DNA from: a virus
Taxonomy: Duplodnaviria; Caudoviricetes
Reading direction: 5' to 3' (one strand)
Length of the DNA stretch: 46,612 nucleotides
Virus record (IMG/VR): IMGVR_UViG_3300044711_000027
Span: 1-46,612 of that record
Below are positions 9,585 through 19,125 of this stretch, in pieces. The number at the start of each line of letters is the position of its first letter. The first letter of the stretch is position 1. Position numbers and translations under genes: made by a program. The notes beneath the pieces were generated by a model that was given only the letters and a program-made list of their open reading frames with translations, made no database searches and had not been told where the DNA came from.

Positions 9585-12183
9585 CGGGCATCCCCGGCAT
9601 CGGTGGAGCCCCTGTCGGATGCGGCCGAGCTGGCGGCACACCAGCGAGCTGGCCGGCAGCATCAGGAGGGCCACCAGGCGCCGGCCCGCCGGGGCTGGGT
9701 GCGTTGGCGGCGCCGGCCGGTCCTTGCGCAGCTCCCGGCCCAGCGCCCGCCCCAGGCATCGTGGGACCAGCCTGACCGGCAGCTCCACCGCCCTGCGCCA
9801 TGCCGTTCATCGCCACGATCGACGGCAGCGCGCTCTTGAACGCCTCGGTCAGATCCAGGCGATCGTCCAGGCGCCGCAGCACATCCTTCGCCAGGAATTC
9901 AGGATCGATGCCTGGCAGCTGGATCAGCAGCGGGTACAGCCGCTGTGCGTTGGCGATCTCCTGGGCCTGGTTCGGCCGTCCCATCGAGCCCGCCTCGATC
10001 TCCAGGAGGATCTCGTTGGCGATGTCCTGGGACTCGGCATTGGCTGGCCACACTGCGCCCTGGCCGACCACCTTCTTGACCCGCTCCTGCGCCATCTCGC
10101 GCAGCAGGATCTGGCCACCGTTGCGAGCGAGCTGCGTCAACAGGTCGTTCAGGTCATCGATGTTGGACCCCATCGACGTCATGCGCGAACCCTCGGCGAT
10201 CTGCGCCTGGGTCGCGGTGGTGTTGCTGGTGCCGCCCAGGTTGGCTTCCTGGATGCCGGTGGTGCGCAGGATATCCTCGTAGACCGGATTGACCTCGTAC
10301 AGGTTCGGGTCGACGCCGGGGCCGGCGTAGGCCTGCAGCAGCTGCTTGATGTCCTGGTTCGGCTGCAGGGCATTCAGCTCGATAACCGCATTGGCCTCAC
10401 GATCGGCCAGCTTCTCCAGGTCTTCTTCGTCGAGGCTGCCGCTGACCACTGCGGTGAACGGCCGACCCGCAATGCGCTGCTCCTTCAGCCCCTCACGGCA
10501 GCGATTGTATTCGAGCTGCATGTCACGCATCAGCCGCACGTCGCTCGGCGGATACAGTTCGCGCTCATCCTCGACGCCGTTGAACACCAGCGCATACCAG
10601 GGATAGAACCGCTCGTTGAAAACGTCGGGCGATGCCGGCTCGCGCAAAAATTCCCTGTAGCCATCGCAGACCACATAAACCAAACCGTCCTTGCGGCTGT
10701 AGATCTCCCACACCACTGCGGACTTGTCGCCGCGATCGTCCCAATCGCGACTGTGCGATGGCGACGACCAATCGCGCGCCATGGCGATCGGATCCGGCCC
10801 GCCATATTCGTTGGCGCTGTACTCGGTGCAGTGGCCACGGACATCGACGCCGTAGATCTCCTCGACCTCGTCGGTCGACAGCAGGAATTCCTCGGCCACC
10901 CAATCGGCAGCGACCCAGTTCTTCAGCTCGATGCATTTGACGTCGGGGATGATCCTGGTCGACAGCGGATAGTCGAAGGTCAGCCCCTCGCGCACCACCA
11001 CGCCCTTCTGCTGCATCAGATCCTGCAGCAGCAGCTTGAGCTGCTCGGACTCCTTGTCGTCTTCACCGGTGATGTCGTCGGATGCATCGGAGGCCAGGCG
11101 CTCAAGCGTCGACAGGCGCTCGTTGGCGTCGGCGATGCCCTTCTCCAGGTCAGGCCGCTCCTGCATCACCCGCTCATAGCCGAGCTTGATGTAACCGACG
11201 CCGTTGGTGACGGTGCGCCGCACGGTCATCTTCAGCATCTGCTTGAACGGGTGCGGCTGGTTGTCGACCTCATAGGCGTAGAGCAGCTCCAGGGTGCGAG
11301 CCAGCTTGTCCATCATGATGTTTTCGTTTTTGACGCGCGCGGCGTCCATCATGATGTCCATGCCGGACCCGACTGCCTGTGCCATCATCGGCGAGACGCC
11401 AGGGATCGCGCCGCCGGCCGCAGCACCCATCGCCTGGCCCATCTGATCGCCGAGCCCAGGCGGCCCCTGCATCGAGCCAGGGATCGGTCCAGCTCCCATG
11501 CCAGGCATGGTGGCGCCACCGAGCTGGGCGCCGACAGCACCGGCGATCTGGTTGACGTTGCCGCCACCGACGCCCATCGGCGACAGCCCGCCAGGCGTGC
11601 CACCAGCCATCAGGTCATCGATCGAGAGCGGCTGCGCGCCGGTCGCCATCGGCAGCGCCTGGCTGGCCATGCCCTGGGCAGCACTGAGCATGCCGCCGAG
11701 CTGCGGCGGCGGCGCCTGCCCGGTCGCCACCTGGTTCTGCATCTGGCCCATCATCATCGCGCCGGACTGCATCAGCTGGGTCAGCGTGGTCTGGCTCTCG
11801 TCCCAGCTCGTCGCGTTCAGCCGGGGACGCTTCTTCGCCACCGCCTTGGGATTTTTGGCGTACAGAAATGCCGTCTTCTGCGCGACCAGGCGCAGCGTCA
11901 GGTTGGCGACGTAGCGGCGATCGGTGCTGTTCTTGCTCCACTGCTTGCCGAAGCAGAATTCCTGGTCTTCGCGCATGCGATCGAACGCCGGCTTCCAGAA
12001 TTGCTTCGCGCTCTTGACGCGCGACGTCCAGGCAGCGACCAGCCGCTTGCGCCGCTCCGGCGGATCCGGTGCCTCGCGCGGGATCGTGTTCGGCTGACCG
12101 GTCGACGAATTGATGTCAGCGGCGCCGCTCTCGTCGGGACTGCCCATGGCATTCATGGCATCGCCGAATGATGTGTCTACCAT
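9580..12183 (-). CDS. Portal protein
   Basis: Follows terL with overlap (ATGGTAG); TATQAQI and IEAGSMGRPN motifs; start reassigned to ATG 12183. Confidence 0.88.
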   Translation of the reverse strand: MVDTSFGDAMNAMGSPDESGAADINSSTGQPNTIPREAPDPPERRKRLVAAWTSRVKSAKQFWKPAFDRMREDQEFCFGKQWSKNSTDRRYVANLTLRLVAQKTAFLYAKNPKAVAKKRPRLNATSWDESQTTLTQLMQSGAMMMGQMQNQVATGQAPPPQLGGMLSAAQGMASQALPMATGAQPLSIDDLMAGGTPGGLSPMGVGGGNVNQIAGAVGAQLGGATMPGMGAGPIPGSMQGPPGLGDQMGQAMGAAAGGAIPGVSPMMAQAVGSGMDIMMDAARVKNENIMMDKLARTLELLYAYEVDNQPHPFKQMLKMTVRRTVTNGVGYIKLGYERVMQERPDLEKGIADANERLSTLERLASDASDDITGEDDKESEQLKLLLQDLMQQKGVVVREGLTFDYPLSTRIIPDVKCIELKNWVAADWVAEEFLLSTDEVEEIYGVDVRGHCTEYSANEYGGPDPIAMARDWSSPSHSRDWDDRGDKSAVVWEIYSRKDGLVYVVCDGYREFLREPASPDVFNERFYPWYALVFNGVEDERELYPPSDVRLMRDMQLEYNRCREGLKEQRIAGRPFTAVVSGSLDEEDLEKLADREANAVIELNALQPNQDIKQLLQAYAGPGVDPNLYEVNPVYEDILRTTGIQEANLGGTSNTTATQAQIAEGSRMTSMGSNIDDLNDLLTQLARNGGQILLREMAQERVKKVVGQGAVWPANAESQDIANEILLEIEAGSMGRPNQAQEIANAQRLYPLLIQLPGIDPEFLAKDVLRRLDDRLDLTEAFKSALPSIVAMNGMAQGGGAAGQAGPTMPGAGAGPGAAQGPAGAANAPSPGGPAPGGPPDAAGQLAGVPPARPHPTGAPPMPGMPG

Positions 12184-13742
12184 CCGTGTAGGCTCCTCGC
12201 CCTGCGGTCCTTTCCTTCCCTTCTTCGCGTCCTGTCCCACAGTTCTCGAAACGTGCCGCTGACCACTTCCGGGTCAGCCGCCTTGATGCGAACGCGACCG
12301 TGCATCTTGGCCAGGCCAAGACCGATCAGCGACATCGCATCGGCAAAATCATCTTTGGATCCGTGCGGAAATTTCAGGATCTGATCCTGCGCATCGGCCC
12401 ACCACCTGGTGAAGGTCGGAAAGTGAACCATCCGCATCGCGGTGCGCGCCTGCATCGGCTGCGCACGCTGCTGCTTGTCGACGGCCGGCGTGATCGGATC
12501 GATCGCGCAGAACGCCTGGCGCTCGACCATCCGCTTGCGCAGAAACGGCCCGATGGATTTCTCGATCGCGCCGCGCTCGGCCCACCAGAACATCGGTTTA
12601 TATTTTTTCATCAGCGCGACCATGCTCTCGACCGCTTGCTGGCTGTCGAGCCGCGCCCACACCACGTCCGGCATGATCCAGATGTGATCCTGCTCGTCGA
12701 TGCCGACCACCATCAGGCAGGTCTTGTCGGCCTTCTGCTCGATCGAGACCGCATGATCGCTGGCGGCGTAAAATCGCATCTTGTGATGCGACGGCATCTC
12801 ATCCATGCGGTTGTACGGCACCAGGTCAGCGGCGCGATAGAACGCGCCCTCGCGCGGCGCCGGCCGTCCCTGGTAGAGCGCAGCGAAGCCTCGGGGATCG
12901 GTGTTGCGGATCTCCTCCAGGTACGCCTTGGAGAAACGCTCCGGCCACAACGGCTCATCGAGCTGGCGCCCCAGGATGTCGTTGTCCTCGGCCAGCGCCG
13001 GCAGATCGATCTTGCGCCACAGCTTGGCCTCTTCAAGATTGTAGTACGGGTTGCGCTCGTCGATCAGGCGGCCGACCAGATCGTCCTCGGTCCACCTGGT
13101 CTGGATGATGACGATCGTGCCGGTGGCGTCCATCAACCTGGTGCGCAGCACCTGCAGCCACCACTGCCAAAGCTTCTCGCGCACCAGCACGCTGTCAGCC
13201 TCGACGCGGTCCTTGATCGGATCGTCGAGCAGGATGCAGTGCGCGCCACGGCCGGTGATCGATGAGCCGCGACCGACTGCGAACACCACGCCGCCCCTGG
13301 TGGTCTCGACGCGGTTGACGGCCGATGCGCCGACCTTGATGTCGACGCCAGGGAACACCTGGCGATACTGCGGCGTGATCATGATGTCGCGAACGCGCCG
13401 GCCGAGATCCCAGGAATAATGCTCGTTGTAGGTCGCAACGATCAGCGAGCGATCGGGGTGGCGGCCGATGTACCAGGCTGGGAACATTGCTGACCCCAGC
13501 GTTGTCTTGCCGAAGCGTGGCCCGACGTTGATCATCAGCCGCCGATAATCCCCGCGCTCGACCTCCTCCAGCGCCGCACCGATCACCCGGTGAAACCGCT
13601 GCGGATGGTAGAGCGATTGATCAGGATCGCCGTCGAAATTCGGGTTCGGCATCATCAGCCGCGTGAACGCAATCAGATCGTCGCGCGCGGAAATGATCGC
13701 ACGCTTGCGCTTCAGCAGCAGAAGATACCGGTCGTCAGTCAT
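12177..13742 (-). CDS. terL: Terminase large subunit
   Basis: Walker A GPRFGKT, GRGA, Walker B ILLDDP, QTRW, YQGRP and nuclease FPxGxxDDxxDA; start reassigned to ATG 13742. Confidence 0.95.
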   Translation of the reverse strand: MTDDRYLLLLKRKRAIISARDDLIAFTRLMMPNPNFDGDPDQSLYHPQRFHRVIGAALEEVERGDYRRLMINVGPRFGKTTLGSAMFPAWYIGRHPDRSLIVATYNEHYSWDLGRRVRDIMITPQYRQVFPGVDIKVGASAVNRVETTRGGVVFAVGRGSSITGRGAHCILLDDPIKDRVEADSVLVREKLWQWWLQVLRTRLMDATGTIVIIQTRWTEDDLVGRLIDERNPYYNLEEAKLWRKIDLPALAEDNDILGRQLDEPLWPERFSKAYLEEIRNTDPRGFAALYQGRPAPREGAFYRAADLVPYNRMDEMPSHHKMRFYAASDHAVSIEQKADKTCLMVVGIDEQDHIWIMPDVVWARLDSQQAVESMVALMKKYKPMFWWAERGAIEKSIGPFLRKRMVERQAFCAIDPITPAVDKQQRAQPMQARTAMRMVHFPTFTRWWADAQDQILKFPHGSKDDFADAMSLIGLGLAKMHGRVRIKAADPEVVSGTFRELWDRTRRREGKDRRARSLHGW

Positions 13743-13956
13743 GCTTGGTCCGATGCATCGGCACATCGGGCAGCGTCTTGATCTTGACCTTGGGCGCCGA
13801 CGACTCCGGTGACATCTCGACCGGACCAGGCTGCGGCCCGTTCACCGGCGAGGTGTGATGCGTGTAGTTGTCCTGGGTCTTCGACACAGACGGCGGCTTG
13901 GCCGTTGGCAGCGGCTTGATCGGCGCGAGCGGCGGTGGACGGGTCAATTTTGCCAT
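13735..13956 (-). CDS. Small Pro/Lys-rich hypothetical protein
   Basis: 73 aa, GGGAG SD, stop overlaps the terL start. Confidence 0.6.
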   Translation of the reverse strand: MAKLTRPPPLAPIKPLPTAKPPSVSKTQDNYTHHTSPVNGPQPGPVEMSPESSAPKVKIKTLPDVPMHRTKHD

Positions 13957-13970
13957 TTGGGGCTCCCTGT

Positions 13971-13987
13971 GCTAAGAAAAAATGAGC
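13971..13987. promoter_or_regulatory. GCTAA-N7-TGAGC box upstream of the terL operon
   Basis: gctaa-gaaaaaa-tgagc, similar to the boxes at 9569 and 24186. Confidence 0.4.
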
Positions 13988-14013
13988 AAGAAAAACCCGC
14001 CTCGGGGGCGGGT
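13988..14013 (-). terminator. Rho-independent terminator downstream of the ~900-aa gene
   Basis: ACCCGCC/GGCGGGT stem followed by TTTTCTT on the minus strand. Confidence 0.7.
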
Positions 14014-14031
14014 CATTTTGGAGACGATGCG

Positions 14032-14394
14032 ATGGTCAAGGTTCCGTACAAGGATCAGTCCTATGGCCCCTATTTCAGGGTCGTAGAGCCGTACACGCCG
14101 GAGGAGGCGGCTTACTTTTATGGCGATGCGCCGCACCCATATGGCGAGGACTACTCGCTGGGCCTGACCGCTCACCCACCCGGCAGCCCCGAGAGCGAGG
14201 CGCGGATGGCGCGGTTCTTCAAGCAGCTGGAAGGCCCGGTGACGTTCTATGGTGGCTCGCCGTCTGGTCCGCATCGGAAATCTCCTACATCCGATCAGCT
14301 GAAGGCTGCGGGGCTCCTGGAGCACCGCCCGTCAGCATCGGCAGCGCCAGACCAACCGCCGCTATCGACGGCAGCGCGATCGTCCCAGCCTTGA
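14032..14394 (+). CDS. Antisense 120-aa hypothetical protein overlapping the 3' end of the polyvalent protein
   Basis: GGAGA SD then ATG 14032 (MVKVPYKDQSYGPY...); fills an otherwise empty ~250-bp gap; Tyr-rich and protein-like. Confidence 0.55.
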   Translation: MVKVPYKDQSYGPYFRVVEPYTPEEAAYFYGDAPHPYGEDYSLGLTAHPPGSPESEARMARFFKQLEGPVTFYGGSPSGPHRKSPTSDQLKAAGLLEHRPSASAAPDQPPLSTAARSSQP

Positions 14395-16978
14395 GGGCTG
14401 CGAACAGGCCGGCCAGACCACCGGCCGGCCCGTCCTGCGAGAACACCAGTTTGGCGTTCTGAATATCGCGACGGATCGGATCGTTGTTGGCAATCGCCCA
14501 GGCCTCATGCGCGTCCATCTTGTCCTTGATCATCTTGCGCAGTCGCGGATCGCGATCGATGTTGCCGACCAGCGCCGGTGCCCGACTGACGATGTCCATC
14601 AACGCCCTGGTCGCGGCGCCGGAGCCCTCGCCCTGCTCCCAATCCGGCGCCCGGTTCAGTGTGTTATAATCGGTCGACAGCCTCTCCATGCGCTCGCCTC
14701 GCGGCACGCCTCCGCCGGTGATGCCGGCGATCTCATCGGCCAGGCTCGTCTCCTGCTTGGTGGTGAGCCCCGGCCCCGGCCCGTTCCAATCGGTGAGCAC
14801 GCCCTGCTCGGGCAGATCCATCATGTTCGGCTTGCCGACCTTGGTGCCTGCCGCTTCGAACCTGGCGAGATCGCCCGTCGTCAGCGGCTGTGATTTATCG
14901 AACACAAAACTGTTGGCGCGGCCAGGCTGATTGGTGACGAACTGATGCGCGCCCGATGCGTTCTGCGCGTCGAAGTAACCACGGATGCCCTCGATGCCGT
15001 GCAACAGGTCGCTGGTGTTCTGATCCCACACCCGCTTGCCGCTGCCGCCCTCCATCGCCGTCATCGGGAACGCGGTGAAGCCTGGGTTCAGCTCGGTCGG
15101 GTAACCTTCACCGCGCGAGAAGATCCCCTGGTTGGTGCCGGTCGGCTTCGCCTGCAGCATGCCGGCGGCGTTGTAGAGCGCATCGTCCTTGTTCTCGCCA
15201 AACGTCCACTGGTTCGCAGGCAGATCGGCGAACTTTTTCCGCAGCGCCTCGTCGCCATAGGCCAGACCCTGCAGGTGGCCGGCGATGCCCTGACCAGGCG
15301 TGAATTCATAGCTGGCGTTGGCGGTGTATTTCGGCGCGAAGTCGCCATAGCCTTTGCTGGCGTTTGGCAGCGCATCCTCGATCGTCAGCGCAGGCTTCAT
15401 CGATCCCTTGAAATCACCGATCGCCTCTTTCGATCCGCCCTTGATCGCTGCGTTGACCGCAGCCATGTCGTTGACGTCGACGCCTGGCTGCAGCTTCTGC
15501 GCCATCGCAGATGCAGCTGCGTTGCCCTCGCCGCGTTTCATCGCATCGCTCTGCGCCTTGCGGCCGACCCAGATCGCCGCCTGGACGTCTGGCGCAGTCC
15601 AATCATCGCGACCACCCAGCTTCATCTGGTTGGCGCGATCGACCGCCAGCACCGTCTCATGATCCATGAAACGATGCATCGGCCCTGACGGTGTGCCGGT
15701 CCAGAGCGAACCATCGGGATTGGCGTAGCCCATCGAGCGCGCATGCCAGATATCGTTGACGCCGGTGGTGGTGAACGGCACGGTCGGGTTGACGTTGATG
15801 CCGAGCTGCGCGGTCTTTTTTGTGTCGTGCGCAATGCCCTGGCGGATCCTCTTGTAGGTATCGGCCTGTTTCGGATCCATCAGGATCTCGGCCGGCCGAC
15901 CAGCCGCATAGGCATTGGTCGCCTTGGTGGTGAAGCCGAGATTGACGTCGGGGTTGACCTGTTTCGACGTCAGCCCGAGCGTCTTGGCGGTGATGTCCTG
16001 GGTGACCGGATCCGGCCCCGCCGCCTGCTTCGCGAAGGCGCGGCCCTCATGATACCACTTGTCGCCGCCGACGCTGGCGCCGAGCTGCATCGCCTCATCC
16101 ATGCTGCCGCGCATCGCCAGGACGTCGTCCTTGCTCATGACATGCGACGGCGCGCCCTCGATGCCGCCATCAGCGCGCCGGATGCCGAGATGCTGCTCCT
16201 TGCGCGCCGCCTCGATCGCCGCCGGCAGATCCATGTCGCGCAGGTTCGGCAATTTCGCGCTCTTGGTGATCTGATCGGCCTCCTGGCCGGCAGCAACCAC
16301 CGCATCCTTCAGGGTGGCGGCCTCGCGTGGTTTAGCGGCCCGCCCAGCGGTCGCCAGCACGGACTTGGTTTCACCCTCGGCGGCGCCGGTGACCGCCTCC
16401 TTGACCGCCTTAGCGCCCTTCTTGACGGCGCCCTTGGCGGCAGCTGCGCCAGGCACCGGTGCGGCGCCGACGAGATCGATCGCGGCGGATCCATAGTTGC
16501 CCTTGGCGAAATCCTCCTTGGCCTGGTCGAGCGACATCGCCGAGCCGGTACCAGGCAGCACACCAAGGATGCTTTTGATGTCCTCACCGCGATCGTAGGC
16601 CTTGTCCGCAGGCACGCCCATGCTCTCCAGGGCACGGCCAAGGTCGTAACCCAGGTTGGCGACGCCAGGCGTCCTGGACTGTTGGGACGTCTCGGCGATC
16701 GTCTGCGGCGGCTGATAATCCCAGGCGCGCGGTTCGGTCGATGCGCCGAGCGGCATCATCGGCGTGCCCGGTGCCGGCGGCTGCGGTGGCGGCAGCACGC
16801 TTGAGCTGGCCAGGCTCTCGGCCAGGCTCGGCATCACCGGCGCCTCGCCAGGTGGCAGATATGGCGAAGCGTCAGGCGACCAGCTCTCGGCCGGCCGGCG
16901 CCTGTTGATGTAGACGCGGGGCCTCGGCGGCGGTGCAACCGCATCAGAGAGAGCAACACCAATGCCTTCGTCAGCCAT
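14285..16978 (-). CDS. Large polyvalent, probably virion-injected protein with a pre-toxin-like linker and an HhH-glycosylase-like domain
   Basis: Pro-rich N-terminus; LGVLPGTG...AIDLVGAAPVPGAAAAKGAVKK linker; WY...TSKQ..N...NDIWHARxxGY...DVQAAIW core. Confidence 0.6.
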   Translation of the reverse strand: MADEGIGVALSDAVAPPPRPRVYINRRRPAESWSPDASPYLPPGEAPVMPSLAESLASSSVLPPPQPPAPGTPMMPLGASTEPRAWDYQPPQTIAETSQQSRTPGVANLGYDLGRALESMGVPADKAYDRGEDIKSILGVLPGTGSAMSLDQAKEDFAKGNYGSAAIDLVGAAPVPGAAAAKGAVKKGAKAVKEAVTGAAEGETKSVLATAGRAAKPREAATLKDAVVAAGQEADQITKSAKLPNLRDMDLPAAIEAARKEQHLGIRRADGGIEGAPSHVMSKDDVLAMRGSMDEAMQLGASVGGDKWYHEGRAFAKQAAGPDPVTQDITAKTLGLTSKQVNPDVNLGFTTKATNAYAAGRPAEILMDPKQADTYKRIRQGIAHDTKKTAQLGINVNPTVPFTTTGVNDIWHARSMGYANPDGSLWTGTPSGPMHRFMDHETVLAVDRANQMKLGGRDDWTAPDVQAAIWVGRKAQSDAMKRGEGNAAASAMAQKLQPGVDVNDMAAVNAAIKGGSKEAIGDFKGSMKPALTIEDALPNASKGYGDFAPKYTANASYEFTPGQGIAGHLQGLAYGDEALRKKFADLPANQWTFGENKDDALYNAAGMLQAKPTGTNQGIFSRGEGYPTELNPGFTAFPMTAMEGGSGKRVWDQNTSDLLHGIEGIRGYFDAQNASGAHQFVTNQPGRANSFVFDKSQPLTTGDLARFEAAGTKVGKPNMMDLPEQGVLTDWNGPGPGLTTKQETSLADEIAGITGGGVPRGERMERLSTDYNTLNRAPDWEQGEGSGAATRALMDIVSRAPALVGNIDRDPRLRKMIKDKMDAHEAWAIANNDPIRRDIQNAKLVFSQDGPAGGLAGLFAALKAGTIALPSIAAVGLALPMLTGGAPGAPQPSADRM

Positions 16979-16987
16979 CAGCAACCC

Positions 16988-17260
16988 CTACAAATATCTG
17001 GTGGTCGTTGCGGATAGGGCGGCAACGGATCCACCGAGCTGCCCGAGCCGAAAGGGACCGCTCAGTTTGAACGACCCGCCGCCCAGCACCATCTGCACCA
17101 GCCACAGGATGGCGATCAGCGCAACAATGACCCACAGCAGCTGCACCACCTTGGCGGGGATCGGCAGACCGATCACGTCGCGCAACACCCAGATGACGAG
17201 ATAGATCACGATCGCCAACAGGCAGAGATAAATCAAAAACGTGATCACCGATGTCAGCAT
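16988..17260 (-). CDS. Two-TM membrane protein, holin candidate
   Basis: Two long hydrophobic helices joined by GLPIP; GAGGAGG SD. Confidence 0.6.
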   Translation of the reverse strand: MLTSVITFLIYLCLLAIVIYLVIWVLRDVIGLPIPAKVVQLLWVIVALIAILWLVQMVLGGGSFKLSGPFRLGQLGGSVAALSATTTRYL

Positions 17261-17270
17261 TGCCGCCTCC

Positions 17271-17465
17271 TCAATCCTTCTGCTGCTTCAGCTCCATGCA
17301 GCTCTGCAGCAGCGTGTCGCGGCGATCTGCCGCCTTCGAGATTTCGTGCAGCGAGAAACCAAATCCACCGAGCGCGATGGAGTTGACGATCAGGATCGCC
17401 AGCACGAACGGCGTTGCCTTCATCGTGTCGATCACTTGCCTGGCGACGTCGGTCGGCACGTTCAT
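17271..17465 (-). CDS. Single-TM small protein (lysis-module candidate)
   Basis: One hydrophobic helix plus a charged C-terminal helix; coupled to the fibre stop. Confidence 0.55.
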   Translation of the reverse strand: MNVPTDVARQVIDTMKATPFVLAILIVNSIALGGFGFSLHEISKAADRRDTLLQSCMELKQQKD

Positions 17466-18847
17466 CACAACCTCGCATCCGCCTTGAAGGTCGCCAGTGA
17501 GACGATGGCGTTGGTCGTCCAGTTGTTTGAGATATTGTAAAATCCGACACCATTTGCCGAGATGCTGCTCGCGGTGAAGGTGCCAACATTGCCGGTGTTC
17601 ACCGAGAAGGTCGCGCCCACTGTCGGACTAATTCTCATCGGAACCTTGAACCAGAGTGGACCACCGGAGATGAGGCCACCATTGGCAACTCCGACCGGAT
17701 CGCCGGTGGTGTAGTAAAGATAACGAAGGCACTGCAGCAGCTCGTCGGCGTAGTCCGGCACCTGGAACGGCGGCGCCACGGTGCCCTCGTAGACACCGAC
17801 ATCGAACAGCTCGAATACGGCACCATTGGTGCCCATGAAGTTGATTTGATTTGGCGAGCCGATCACGGTGCCCGCCGCCCACGCTCCGGCGACCGCCGCG
17901 TAGTCAGAACCGCACATCAACGTCCACCGCAGGCTTATTCCGATCGAGGTGTCGTTCGCCCATGTCCCGGTCTGATCGCCAGGTATGACGACAGACTTCA
18001 GAACGTCGGTATTTGCCTCCGGTGCGGAGATCGAGAACTCCGCGACGTAACCGCGAGTGCCGGCGCCATTGATGACGCTGACGCCATAGGTGCCGCCAGG
18101 CAGCCGGCAGCCAAACTGAACAACGATAGATTTGGCTGCAGTCGATCCAAATCTAAGATCGGCAACCCGGCGCCCCTCCATCCTCTGGGCGATGGCGACA
18201 AAATCGTTGGTGTTGACCGAGATATCCGGCGACGTAACCGTAAACCTGATGCGATTAGGCGAGCCGCCAGGTGTCGGGCTGGCAACCTGGGACACGCTAA
18301 AGGCGCCTGCAGTGACCGACTCGATCCGAAACATATCGACAGGAAAGTAGCCGTTGATCGTCCCCGCCGTGCTGCCCATCTCCTGGCTGATCATCATCGC
18401 GCCGTTGATGATGTAGTTTTGCTTCAGCACATCGATGTTGCGGCGCGCCTGGCCGCGCTCGGTCGGCGTCAGGGTCTGCGGCACGGTCTTCACCGCAGTC
18501 GACGCCACGCCGGCAGCACCAGCGTCGGCGTATTGCTTGGTGGCGGCGTGCAGGTTCGCGGTCGGATCCGCCGACAGCGTCAGCAGGCCGGTCATGACGT
18601 CGCCGGCCTTGGCGACGCGCGAGGTGTCGGTCGGGTGGACATGATCCTCGCGGGCATATTTGGTGGCGACACCGACCACGGCCGGCGTGGCATCGATCAG
18701 CGGCAGATTGGTTGCCGGCGCAGCGTTGCTGATCTGGGCGCCGATCGTCGTCCACTTCTCGCCGTCCCAGCTGTACTGCGGGATGCCGGCGACCGGCGTC
18801 GTCGGATATTTCTGGTTGAGCGATGGCGTGGACGGGAAGTCGAGCAC
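17465..18847 (-). CDS. Tail fibre / receptor-binding protein 2
   Basis: DFPSTP...YSWDGEKW, YAREDHVHPTD, KAGDVMTG, AATKQYAD, INGxMxISQE...DARL. Confidence 0.8.
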   Translation of the reverse strand: MLDFPSTPSLNQKYPTTPVAGIPQYSWDGEKWTTIGAQISNAAPATNLPLIDATPAVVGVATKYAREDHVHPTDTSRVAKAGDVMTGLLTLSADPTANLHAATKQYADAGAAGVASTAVKTVPQTLTPTERGQARRNIDVLKQNYIINGAMMISQEMGSTAGTINGYFPVDMFRIESVTAGAFSVSQVASPTPGGSPNRIRFTVTSPDISVNTNDFVAIAQRMEGRRVADLRFGSTAAKSIVVQFGCRLPGGTYGVSVINGAGTRGYVAEFSISAPEANTDVLKSVVIPGDQTGTWANDTSIGISLRWTLMCGSDYAAVAGAWAAGTVIGSPNQINFMGTNGAVFELFDVGVYEGTVAPPFQVPDYADELLQCLRYLYYTTGDPVGVANGGLISGGPLWFKVPMRISPTVGATFSVNTGNVGTFTASSISANGVGFYNISNNWTTNAIVSLATFKADARL

Positions 18848-18849
18848 GA

Positions 18850-19125
18850 TCAGCCTCCCATCAGTCTGGCAACAAAACCTTCGATCGTCGGCGGCGGCAC
18901 GCCCTCGATCGTGCAGATCCGCACCTCATGATCGTACAGCACCTGCTGCCCGACAGTCGGCACCGGCGGCACCGGCTCCGGCGGCACATAGGGATCCGGC
19001 ACGCCGCCTGCGGCGTACCAGGCGTTATATTCCTGCCGATCGCGATTTGCCGGATCGTTCGGGATCGAGGCATTGTCGACGGTGCGGATCACAACATCGG
19101 TGGCGGTGAGCTGATATTCTGCCAT
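18850..19125 (-). CDS. Tail fibre assembly/chaperone-like protein
   Basis: IPNDPANRDRQEYxAW motif, typical of genes following fibres. Confidence 0.6.
   Translation of the reverse strand: MAEYQLTATDVVIRTVDNASIPNDPANRDRQEYNAWYAAGGVPDPYVPPEPVPPVPTVGQQVLYDHEVRICTIEGVPPPTIEGFVARLMGG

Noticed and set aside
9619-12171. 850-aa plus-strand ORF (similar shadows at 6810-8453, 22683-24014, 28492-29655 and 44167-46359)
   Set aside because: Each mirrors a well-supported gene on the opposite strand; codon-bias artefact
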